A DNA stretch of 64,000 nucleotides, from assembly GCF_038025025.1 (NCBI RefSeq), contig NW_027117346.1:558001-622000 (forward strand), in the 5' to 3' direction. The notes under the pieces were generated by a model. It was not told the origin of the DNA. It saw only the letters and a program-made list of their open reading frames with translations, and did no database searches. Of the stretch, positions 12,601 through 24,611 are shown one piece after another. A program made the translations under genes and the position numbers. The DNA comes from Phyllosticta citribraziliensis (Eukaryota). The stretch's first letter is position 1. Each line of letters begins with the position of its first letter.

Positions 12601-13468
12601 CACGGAAGACAACTGCAAAGGTGAGCCTGGCCTTGAAGACCTCAAAGAAGTTGGACGGCTGCGTTTCAGCGGTCGCTTCAAAGCTGGAATGGACGAGAGT
12701 CACGAGGCCTTCATCATGGACAACGACTCGCGTGAGACGTACGAAACGTGGGAAGCTTGCATTGCTGAAGGAGTCCGCCAACGCCGTGTGGACAAAGAAC
12801 TGCCGGAACGCATCCAACAGCTGCATGAAAGATCCCTTAGCAATGGCCGCGACATCCTCAAAGCGGCCACGGAAGAAGAGAAGAGAAAGTGGCTTAGCAG
12901 AGATGGGGCCAACTGGTCTGGCGCTTTCGGCTCGGATCCCAAGGCCTTTATGGACTCGAAGGGCCGCAAGCGCCGGGAACCTGGAAGGGAGGCACCGCTC
13001 CACGACCCCAACCACCCATCAAGCGACGAGGACCACGAGTCCGACTTTGACGACGAGGACCGGCCCTCTTCGTCGTCGACAGAGCCAGATCTCGGCATGC
13101 AAGACGCGGACAACATGCCCAAGCAAAACGGCCACCGACGTGACACGTCCTCGACGTCGTACGCCGCGTCGACCAACGCAAGCACCACGGACGGCCGCCC
13201 CAGCACGACTTACACGTCCACGACCGACGTCAACTCGTCGTCGCCCACGTCTTCCATGGCCACCAACAACGCGTCGACGGCGTCGGTCAACCGCCAGAAC
13301 CGCCGCACCGAGGCGCGCAAGCAGCGCGGCCTGATGCAGTGGCGCCCGGCGCGCAATGTCAAGTTTGCCAAGGATGAATCCATCATTGGGATGCGCAAGT
13401 TGAAGAATATGGTGACGGGGCAGTTGGATGGCAGGAAGCCTGGCGTTGAGACGGAGACGGGTAACTAA
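9660..13468 (+). CDS. mug190: SMP-domain and multi-C2-domain membrane tether (tricalbin-like, Mug190 family)
   Basis: Exons 9660-9944, 9994-10404, 10451-13468. TM hairpin, PESVEWMN SMP start, and C2 motifs (GSDPY, DDLNPIWEE, ELWDSDRHSADDIVG). Confidence 0.85.
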
Positions 13469-13906
13469 ATGACGGAGGGTGATTCTGCCGTCTTCTCTTT
13501 CCCTTTCTTTCCTTTCTCTTCCTTTCTCTTATTCCCTTCTTCTCCTTTCTCATGCGGTGGGTCATGGCGTTGAGGCTGGTTCGGACTGAGTCGCTAGCTC
13601 CGTGGTAGCAGTGTGTGTTTTTGGTTGGTATGGAAGCTACATACCTAGGCAACAGGGTAATGAGATGCTACGAGTACTTTTGTATAGTAGTCGATGTATT
13701 GCATGACAAAAGCGTTACTTTAAATTTGTCTACCGGTTCGTGGTGTACGATTTGTTGAGGTAGTGAGGTGTTTTCATTGATGGCCAATACAAATGGCAAC
13801 TTCTAGCCTGGTTTAGTATTCTCCTTTTCCTTTCCTTTTTTTCCTTCTCCACGCCTTCCCTCTCCTCCATCCCTCTTTCACCCACTACACCAATCACCCC
13901 CCTAGA

Positions 13907-15638
13907 TCAAATCTCCTCCATCTCCTCGGCAAACTCATCAACGACCTCAAAGTCGCCGACCTCGACTCTCTCCGGGCGGACAAAGACGCCGCAGTTGGGC
14001 TTGCACTCAAAGTACCTCTGGCCGCCCTTGACGGCGCCGTCGTTGCGGCCGGTCGGCTCGTCCAGCTCGACGCCGACCCACGGGCCCAGCGGCGGCGGCA
14101 GCTCTGCGATGCGGCCGACGTAGCGCACCGTGCCGCGGCGGCCGTCGGAGGCGGCGGGGAGGAGCTGGATGCGTGCGTTGAGGGTTATGCCTGGGGTGGG
14201 TTGGGTTGGGTGTCAGCAGGAGAGGGAGGGTAAGAGGTGGGATGGGAATAGGATGAGATGGGACGTACCTCTCTCGTCGACCTCGCGCTCGAGCGCCTTG
14301 ACCTTCTGCTCCTCGATGCTGGGGGCGTTGGGGTCGAAGCGGCCGAGCTTCTGGTTGCGCTTCCACGCCAGCACGCTGTCGGCGCGCGTCTCGTATTCTG
14401 CCTCGGGCATGACGTACTTCTGGACGGCCGAGACGTCGGTGAAGTCTGTTCGTGCGGCGGCCGGGCGCGTGTCGTTGACCTAGGGAGACGGAGGGGTGCG
14501 TTAGCTGGATGGAAGGTTTGGTTGGGAGTGATTGATGGAAGTGGGCATTGTTGAATCTGTGGTTAGCTTCTACGGATATCGATGTTTGGGCGTGGTGGTA
14601 TTGGCAGTAGTCACGAAGGTTGTGGAATAAGTCATCTGGGTAGGCGTGATAGATTGGCAACAGCTCAAAATTGGCAACAGCTCAAATGACACCTGAGCAT
14701 GTCCGATGCATGGCCGAGGAGACTCGAACGACGGCATGGGTTGGACGGACGCCAGGCTGTGTCGATGGTGGACATCAGGGATCCAACAGGCCCGTGATTC
14801 AAAACACTCTGCCAACCTCACAAGTCCCAATGCAGAAGTCCATGTCTCGGCAGTGTGCAGTTTGGGACGCAAACCGTGTTTCCAGTTGCTGGGTCCGGCA
14901 ACGACCCACCCCGGGACGGCGGGACCGAAGCCAGCAATAAGCAACGAGAAATAATATGGAACTCAGGGGGTATCGGCCCCCGAAAAACAAAATGAAGACG
15001 AAGGTATGGGCGGAAGCAGGTTCTTTTTTTTTTCTCTGATTATTTTTTGGGGACATGCGAGCGGCCAGGTACATGAACCATGGCGGTTCGTGCCATGACG
15101 TTTGGCCGGGATGGGATGCGATGCGATGGGATGCGATGCGATGCGTGGGAGATTTTTGAGGGGCGCGGATCCTCAGATCAGCCCTCTTCCTGGTAACAAA
15201 AACGCAGACGGGAGGAAGAGCTGGCCAAAAAAGGAGCAGGATTGTTGACTCGGGGCCCTCGCCCTCGCCCTCTGACGGGACAGGGCAGGGGTTACGGTTT
15301 GGGCATGGTGGCACTACCAGCAGCGCGGCACATGATATTCGAGGGGGGGCAAGAGGGGCAAAAGAAAGTTGCGAGGTTGCACTCACGTAGATCTCAGCAT
15401 AAGGCTGGAGAGGGAAGGAGGACAGCTGTGTCGCATCCTCGTCGGCGGCCTCAATGGGGATTGGTTGCTGCGAGCCGATGCGCAAGCTGAGCGACTGGGT
15501 CGAGGCGGGGATGCCGGTGACGGGCTCGAGACGCGTCTTGAGGTTGGCGATGGACCATGACGGGGTGATGCGGCGCTCGCTGGCCGAGTTGGGCGAGGAG
15601 ATGAGCAGCGGGACGTCGTGGGCAGACTGAAGCGACAT
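13907..15638 (-). CDS. alp11: Tubulin-folding cofactor B (UBL + CAP-Gly)
   Basis: Exons 15638-15387, 14479-14269, 14190-13907. UBL SERRITPSWSIANLKTRLEPVTGIP; linker DSVLAWKRNQKLGRFDP; CAP-Gly WVGVELDEPTGRNDGAV...YFEC; acidic EEI tail. Confidence 0.93.
14653..14686. repeat. Perfect 17-bp tandem duplication (ATTGGCAACAGCTCAAA x2) inside the long TBCB intron
   Basis: Read directly at 14653-14669 and 14670-14686. Confidence 0.9.
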
Positions 15639-18208
15639 GTTTGTTTGGATGGTGTGTGGTTGGTGTTGAGGTCCGCGTCCAGGTTCCTTGAGGCGACACC
15701 GACAGAGCGGCACGCTCTCCGGATGCCGATCTCACCACAAGTGAACAGCAAAGTCAAGCTCCACTCGCCTGCAACCCCCAAGTCCATCCGACCACCAACC
15801 ACCACCCACCAACCACCACCCACCGTCGCCGCGAAGACGACGACGACAACTGCACCGCCTCGCCGCCGCCGCCCGCCCGCCCACAGGCCCGTCGCTCTTT
15901 TTCGCGAGATTGCCGCGGCTCTGGCGGCGCCATGGAATCGAGTTCCCCGTCGGTTCGGCCCTATAGCGCGCCAGCAGCACTTGACAGCCATGCTCTCCCT
16001 GTCTCGTTGCATGCCAGCTGGCAAGGCCCTCCCCGGTCAAGACGACGCGCTGCTAACCTCCTCACCGCCCATTTCCCGTCTGTCCTGTCCTGCGGTGGAC
16101 ACGACAGCAGAGCCTGCGTCATACCCCGGATCTGTACCGAAAGAGACTTCAACCTCATCGTCATCCTCCAGCGCCTAAGGCCTCCCTGCTCCATGTCGCT
16201 GCCAGGTCCACGTGCATCTCTGCGGTAGGGACATGCCATGTTACTTCAACACCATCTCATCGCAAATCCGTCCGCCTTCCATCAAACTGCGCGACTCCGT
16301 TCCGTACCCGCCAACCCACCAGGCCTGTACGCCGTGGCTGTAGCCGCACGCAATCGATGCCGCCTGCCGCCTGCCGCTCCCCATGCCTCATCCTTTAGGC
16401 TTCAATCATCTCACATCCCACTCCATCCTGCGCGTGCCCCGATGCTGCTTGTGGCCCGCTGTCCGTCTCTACCCACACCACAGCACACCTACCGCCCTCA
16501 CGCCACATGAGCCCCCGCCGGCCGAAATACTACCAACGTGTTCCTGGACTCCCTGACAGCTCACGTGGAGAGACAGCTGCCAGAGTTGCACCGCGCATCT
16601 GCCCGCTTGCCTGCTTGCCGCCGCCGCCTGCCTGCCTGCCTGCCTGCCTGTGTCAACACAAATTGTCTGTCACTTTGACCACGGCTACGAGCGTCCGCAG
16701 AATGTCCTGTTTCACCGCTCTTATGTATCTCCAAGGATTCCATCAAGTTACAGTCGCAGACACCTTTCATTCTCTCCCCACCCATCTCCAACCACGGATT
16801 TTCTGGTAGCGAACCACTGCCGGGGCCACCATCTGCCGGCCCTCACTTGCTGGGATCTGTCTGCAAAAAAAGGTTGTGCAGATCTTCGTCCCCGGTGCTG
16901 CGCCAGGTCATCAAGCCTGCACCGTTCTCACAGTCTGATGGAAGGGAGGGAAGGGGAAAAAAAAAAAAAAGGAAAGGAAAAAAGGCCCAAGACTTCCTTC
17001 AGGCGCATCCCTGAAGCAGTTCACCGCTTAACTCTTGCCGATGACTGGTTGCCTTGAGAAGCTGTCAAAACTCGTCCTTTAGGTGTCCACCTTCTATTTG
17101 CCTCTTGCCGTCGGTCGACCTTGCCAGAAGTTTTTTTTTTTTTTTTTTGAATCACTGTCCTTTTCTTGTCCGGCCAAAGCCGTGGCTTGGGGACTCTGCC
17201 ATCTGGTCTGCGCCGGCTTTACGGCCCCGTAGTCAAGACACGTCATCACACGTCTGCCTGCAGCTCGTCAGAAGCCTGCCATTTCTTTCCTTCACCCTCT
17301 GCCATGTCCGGATTCAGTGATCCTTGAAATAGTACCCGTGGTTGATCCCAGGAGGTGCTTACTGTGTGGCGCCGCCCATCATGCATGAACATCGTTGCCC
17401 AGCAGTTTGATTAGGAACAAATTTTCCGCCCGCCTGGTCGCATGTTCCCTTCTTTTTGGCTTCCGCCGTTGGTGTGGGCGGTTGCTTTTTCGCACCTAAT
17501 ACACTTGCGTGCACAGCAGCCACGATTGGCCGTCAACACAGTCAACCCCTGTGACCGGGGGCCCTTGATCGCCTTCCCAAATAGCACATGACGGGTAGCG
17601 AGTAAGAGTGCAGAATGAGCCTACAAAGACGTAGTTGGTCGTTGCGTACCCTCGCATTCGGAACTTTTCGACCTCGACTCATTTGCTTCGCCACCAACTG
17701 CGTTCGAAGCCCATCTTGCTGCGGGGCCCAGTGGGTTGTCTTGTCTTGCTTACGGATCTCCCTGCGCGTCAAGCTTAGTCTCCCCCAAGTCCTTCAGCCT
17801 CGCCAAGCTTCGTCCAAAACTTCTACCGCTGTATCTACGTGGTCACAACTACAACTAACCCGGTCCCGCCGTTCAAGACGCCAAACATCCGGCCCGTACC
17901 TCGAGGGTTCCCCCCGCCAAGGAGACCCCGAAACCGCTGAAATTCCCATCCCTCGACCTACCCTCACCATCTTCGCTTTGACCTGTCCATCTCCCAGGGG
18001 CTCTTCAGTTTAGCCGACTGCGATACGAGAGGCTTGCAACGCCAAAGCCTATTCAATCTCAATCAGCGTTTCGGACTGATGCGAGACTGAACATCTGGCT
18101 AACAAGAAAACTCACGCGCTGCCTCGGAGCGCAGAGAAAATCTGTCGACCGTCTTGATTGCTCGGTGGGCTGGCCTTCGCTGGAGGCCAGCCTCAACACA
18201 CCTTCACC

Positions 18209-19892
18209 CTGGATATCGCCTCGCTTCTCGAGTCGCGAGACTCTCGCGACTCCGAGTCACCGCGAGCTAACAAGACTTCCGCATCTGGAACATCAGGCGG
18301 AGCGGGATCTTTTGCGTCGCAACATCCAGGCGCAAGACCTCCACCACTACCACCGCAACCTACGCTGCCACCTGTAGCTTCCTATGCCACCCCAAGGTCG
18401 ACGGGTGTATTGTCGCCTTCGCCTCCTCGGCCTCCGTCGCAATGGACGCCTATTCAACATACCCGTCCGTACTCTAGCTATCGGCAGTATCCGCCGATGG
18501 AAGAGACGTCGCCAACATACGTCCACCAAGGTTTCCGGCCCATTTATTCAGGAGGCGTAGGCCCACCGCCTGGAGCTCCTCATCCCGCCACTATGGCTGG
18601 CCATCAAATGGTTCCTCCAGCTCCGCAACCCATGCTGCATCCTTCAAACAAGAGGACTGCCTCGCGAGCTTCTCTCGTGGCCGAACCATCTTCGGCCATG
18701 CAGAAAAAGGAAAAGAAGCTCAAAGGAAAGTGGACGGAGGAGGAAGAAAAGCTGCTCATCAAGCTTAGAAGCAGCGGCATGAAATGGGTCGACATTTCGC
18801 AGCAGAATCCGGGAAGGAGCGCAACCGCATGTCGGCTCAGATATCAGAACTACACCGAGAAGAAGGAGTGGTCTGAAGATGAAAAAGACATGCTTGCGCG
18901 ACTCTATCATCGGTATGGTCCTTTTCCTATAACACCACCAATGATTTGGGCTGCTGACACGATTTGGTGGCCTCAGGTTTATGGAAGACATGTGGAAGCG
19001 CATCGCAGACGAAATGTGTCGACCATGGCGCGCCTGCGAACGCATGCACTGGCAACTGGGAGAGGAAGAAATGCTTCGCCGCGCCAATGTGCAGTACCGT
19101 GGCACAACGTCCTCAAATCCATCACAATTATATCACGAGTCAATGTCTCCTGGATCTGGCGACGAGCAGGAGCAGCATTATGAGCAGTCGCCGCCGCCTA
19201 TTGGTGCTCCCCACCATCACTCCTCGTACTACCATACACGAGCCCACGGCATGCATGACGACCATCTGCACCACCATGAAGACGAAGACGAAGGCGGCGA
19301 ACACTGGGGCCCGGTTCATCGCACAGCGGATTTCTCTGCGACACCGCATCCACCCCCGCCAGGACACAACCATCCGGACACAAGGCATGGGCAGTCACAG
19401 CAACCGCCACCTTCCTCTTTACCACCTCCATCCTACTCACACCGAACGTCCTCAGGCCAGCACTCTTACAGCCTTTCCCACCACAGTGTGCCAGCCAGAA
19501 CAACGACGCCTGCTGGCACACCGACCCCCGGTCCCCTTGCGTCGCACCCATACGCCCGCCCCACAACCCCGCCTCCCCGGACAACTAGCGCAGGGGGCGC
19601 TTCATATGAAGCCGCCAACTCTGTCCCCACCTCCGCTGGTGGAAAAAGTGGAGACGGAAGTGGTACAACGCCTAGGACTTTGCCCGTTCATGGCGGTCTT
19701 GCGAGTCCATTTCCATCGGGCGGACGGCGGAGACCAGGCACGGCGAAGAGCCCGGAAACGGTGTCCAAGGAAACCCCCCGGCGTGGTGGAAGGGAGGGCC
19801 TTCGAGACAGGAGTGAACGAGCCGGATTCGTCGCGGACGTAGAGACGAAGGCCGAGGAAGGGGACAGGGGAAGCCAGAAAGAAAAGAAATGA
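18209..19892 (+). CDS. Myb/SANT-like DNA-binding protein; proposed CTG start at 18209 (first in-frame ATG at 18497)
   Basis: Exons 18209-18912 and 18977-19892. KWTEEEEKLLIKLRSSGMKWVDIS...PGRSATACRLRYQNY and a second repeat WSEDEKDMLARLYHR|FMEDMWKRIADEMCRPWRACERMHWQLG. Confidence 0.82.
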
Positions 19893-20683
19893 CTGTTATG
19901 GGCTGGAGTGGCTTCTGTGGAGAGGAACGGTCCTCAAGAGCATGAGAGGACACGACCGCGTCGGCCTCTCGTAGCTCGCTGAATCCAGAAGTCAGTAGGG
20001 TCTTGAACGGTGCCACCGATATTGTCTTGCACTTTTCCGGCCCTTCGAACCCTCCCAGCTGGTCATCGTTATGCTAACTGAAATAACGACGTGATGAGCA
20101 TTGAAACGACATGAGAATTTCCTCCTTCTACGCGAAAGAGCACTTTTGCATCTGCACACGCACACAGAGACGGCACTAGCGCAAGCAACTTCATTCATCG
20201 ACTTGGGTCGGCATTTTGTTCCATATACAGAGACGATTGCATGGAAGCCTATCTCAGCATTATTCATCCTTTGAAGAATCCAAAACCCCCAAACTTTAAT
20301 GGGACATCAACTCGTTTGGGCAAAAATAGCACGCAGGGCGTTTGGTTCCTGCGCCTTTGTTTTGATGACGAGATACGAATCAACAGTAAAACCAGTCTTA
20401 CAGATCATGGCGATGGCAGCGCTTGGAAGAGGCGGGAATGCAGCACAGCAGACGGCAGATTCAGCCCACATCGGCGCAATAGTCGCAGCAGCTCTGCATG
20501 GGCATGGAATTTGGCACACGCATTTACGAGATTGGAATGGAGAAGGGAAACCTCCTCGACTGAATCATGAGGTGTTGGAGGGCGCTGTCGGCTTGGCATG
20601 GGCACAAGATGGAGCACGGTACGATATACGGGCATGACTTGATGAACTGCTTTATCCATTGCACAGCGAGGGGCGATTGATTT

Positions 20684-20735
20684 CTGGCTGGCTGGCTGGC
20701 TGGCTGGCTGGCTAGCTGGATGGATGGTTGGATGG
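20684..20735. repeat. Compound microsatellite (CTGG)n followed by (TGGA)n
   Basis: Read directly from the sequence. Confidence 0.85.
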
Positions 20736-23700
20736 ACACTTGGGGAATCGGTCGGCGGCTGCTCTGTTTTCTGTGCATCATTTCCTGCGTTTTCTTTCGT
20801 TGCTTTGGCTTTTGCATCGCGCTGTTTATACCTGTCCAGAATCTAATACTGCTCGAACCGGTCAAGTACATATATCTCACGTTTTATTTACATAGTTCCA
20901 GGGGACTGGGTGGTGGTGATCCAGTCTCTTGCAATCAACTGTCGAGTCGAGCTGCTTTGCCACGTTGATCTTTGTTACGATGGTGTTCGTTTCTTCTGGC
21001 TTCGATCTTTCTGGCGACGGACCTCAGGCTCACAATGAGTTTTTCACAATGCCAGAACCTTCTCCAAGCAATCGCTTGTCTTGAACTGTCTCACCGTACA
21101 TCCCACACGAACTCAACTTGCGCAGAAGAGCGGCCTTAGCTTTCCAGCCCCGCTTGCAGGTTTCCCCTCGCCCTTCTGTTGAACAAGTCACAAGGAGATC
21201 TTCCGATCCCAATCTCACTCCGCCACTGCTTATACAGATAAACTAGTGCACAAGGCTAACGATTGCAACAGTCCATCAACCCTCAAAAGGCGAGGCAGCC
21301 TACCAGCAAACCCCGATGCCAAACACTTCGTGGACAAGACTGCTCCAGCCGCGGACACGCCACGCAAGCCACCGATCCATCAAGTTCATTGCATTGTAGC
21401 TGCTCACATGCCAACGTATTGCCAGCCGGCCGCCCCGAAAACCAAGGAATAGGCAATGTGACCTAGACGCCCCTCCAACGGCTCGCGTCGTCCTCTGCAC
21501 AGCCGAATCCCACTCTGTGGTTCTCAATGCCAACTCACGATCGTCGGACATTCGAACTCCGGCTCCCGCATGTAACAGTGTGGAGGAGCGACAAACCAAC
21601 ATGTTGTGTTGCATTTGGGACAGACGGCTCAAGACAACCAACCCGCGCGCGCTGCGTCGTTCGGTTGTCCGTGGCGCGGATGCATTGAGTGGAAGCCACA
21701 ACAACGCCACTGCTAGCCAAGGCCAGCCGTGTGCCGTGATGGAGTAATCACCGCGTGTGCTTGTTGGTGTGGTGAATTGAGCTACGCGGTCTGCGGTCCG
21801 TCTCTCTGATCCACTGACAAGCGATGATGCCTCGCCACGCCACGCCGCTCCAACACGCCCTCTAAGCCTGACGGCAGGAAAGAAGCAGAAAAGGCCTCAA
21901 TAAGTGAACAGTAAGACGTACGGTGAAGGTATAGTTTGCGCTATAGACGCCACGGCAAGGACGCCAGGTAGATGCCGAGAAGAGTGGATCGATGCGACGG
22001 CCAGACGACGTAGACACTGCAACCAAACGCGGTCATGCATTGCCAAAACAACGCAATTATTGAATGAGTGTGATCACGATCTGAGAAGAAAGCAGATGGA
22101 AAAGTAGGAAAAGGCCGACTTCCTAAGATGGGGTTCCCCTGGTCAGGGGCACCGGCACCTACTTCGGACCCGCACGTCTGCATGCATTGCAGCTTACAGT
22201 GCCCACGCGTCAATCCATCTGTCTGCCCATCGTAGGCCATGTTCGCTCACATGTTGCACAGTGTCCATCTCTCGATCGAACCGACTGCGTTCTCCGTTCG
22301 GCCAGCAAGTAAGTAAGCCAGCGAGCCAGCAAACACACCGTCGACGAACGCCATCTGCAGCTACCGGTACCAACTGACCGACCGTCTGACTGCGTGCTTG
22401 CGGATCTGAGGGAGGGAGGGAGGGAAGAATGACCAACAAAGGCGCGCCATCGACATCGAACCCTGACCACAGAAATCCCCTCGTAAACCTGCCTCTGTCG
22501 TAACTGACCTGACCCCTGTGCTACTGCGCCATGCCATGCCATGCCATCCCATCTCGCTCCATCCCACCCCCTTCAAACCAGCCATGTCCCTGTCTACTGT
22601 CAACCACCACCACCACCACCACCATGACCGCCCTCACAAGCCGGCGCGGGCCTCCAAAGTTACCGTCTTTCCGTCCGCCTTTCCGTCCGTCCGCCCCGCT
22701 CTCCCTCCTCGCCCATCTGACCATCATCCCTGCCGCACCCCCACACGACCCAGTCCATCAGCATCTGGGGTTTCCTCCTATTCAGTCAATCAGGGTCCGT
22801 CGCGTTGTCCGCCGAGAAAAAAAAGAGTCGAGAGGGGCCCCGGCAGCTTAGCAATAACGCCATATGCGCCACCACCACCACCGCGCCACACCGCAGCGCA
22901 ACACAGCACACTCGGGGCTCGCTCGTCACTTATCACATACCTGCTCAGACCGCTGATGAAGGAAGGGAGAAGAAAAAATTTGGGCATGTGGTCTCCATCA
23001 GAGAGGAAAGGAGGCCTGAAAGACGGCTGCCGCACTCACTAGGTAGGAGCGAAAAAGGCAGTTGCCCACAACGCAAGAAGAAAAGCCAGCTAGGCAAGAC
23101 CGTTGACGTCTCTCGCCCCGTCCAGCCACTCACCTCACTCAGCAGGGATGTGCGGTCGTCTCAACCATTGACCACAAACAGGGAAGTAGAAGAAGAGGAG
23201 AAAAGGTCTTGGTGGATTGCTTGCAAAAAGAAGGAAAAAAGTTGGTCGGAGTGATCCCTCCCTTCCCCTCCCCTTTTCTTGCTGCATGCGCGTGCGGCCA
23301 TGGGGACCTGGCAAGTCAGTAGGTGGGCAGAGTGTTGGACGGGGGGTTACGCTGCTGTTGATGTCTCTGTCTTGTTGTTTTTAGCGGTTTTTTATTGTTG
23401 GTGGCCCTTTTTTTCGGCGCGATGCAGGCCAGCCCGCTGGCCGGCGGGTGTTCTTGACGTGGACACGCGCACCTCTCTCTCCTGGACCGCCTCATCCGCA
23501 CGCCCATCCAACCCATCATCATCCTCTCTGTGCTTGCCAGTCGGTCAAGCAGTCGGTGTGTGGCACAGTCAGCGCGACCGGCTGCCCACCACGACACAGA
23601 ATCCATCCAGTCAAGCGAGTCCATTCATTCAAGCATTCGTTCCAGCCAAGCTCGCAAGGAGCAACCATGACGTCCGCGTCTGTCGTGCATGTTGGTCGTA

Positions 23701-24611
23701 TCGTCGTCGTCGACCGGGTTGGCGGTTAAGGTTGGGTTGGGATGGCCGGCCATGGTGAGGGATGGGATGGGATGAGATGTATGATGTGGTGGCTGGGGCC
23801 TGCGCGTTGGGATCAGGGACGTACCCGGGATGTCGAGGTGTGGATGAAGTCGAAAAATACAGGGAGGGACGGGTTTGCTGATCCGTGTCTGCCACCACAC
23901 ACACACACACTCGCAGCTACATGGACTCGGTGTTGCGGTCTTACTGCTGCTACTGCTGTTCTGCGTGCTGTGCGTTCGTGTTGGATCTGGATGTGAGACG
24001 CGTTTGCTCGTTGATCGCCCCGCGTCGCCTCACTGCGACGGTGGGCGTGTCGTGTTGGCAGGTGTTTACTGTCTGGCCGGGGCCACTGCTGATGCCCAAC
24101 CACGCAAGGTGACGCGGCTCTGAACGCGTGCTTCGTCCTCGCTAGAACATGCTCAGCGTCTCACGAAGCATTCATTCCGGACGCAAAACGAGAAAGAGGA
24201 ATTATTGCCAATTCAGCTCAACACCATTGCGAGGAGCAGCCATTCATACCTGCAGACAAAAACGATCCCGACAAAGGCGTGGACACTCGCTTGCTCTCTC
24301 CGCCGTCATCTTTCGTTCTCTGGTGGGATATCATACAAACCAGACGCAGGAACAAACGCCCAAAGACCTGAAGCTCAATCCCGCAAACCTGATGCAGTCT
24401 TTCGACGACCAACAAAACAATTCCTGCCAAAAAAGCTGACCTCCGGTACCAGCATCTCATACGTCAAAGCTTCTCAACTCGTTCCCTCAAACACGTCGTT
24501 TTCAATCATCATACTGTGTCGATCGCTCGCGGGTGGTACTCGTTGCTCAAACGCCAAGCGACCTCCGATCTCTCTGGGTGATTGGCAAGACACAGGGCCG
24601 GTGGTAGGAGC

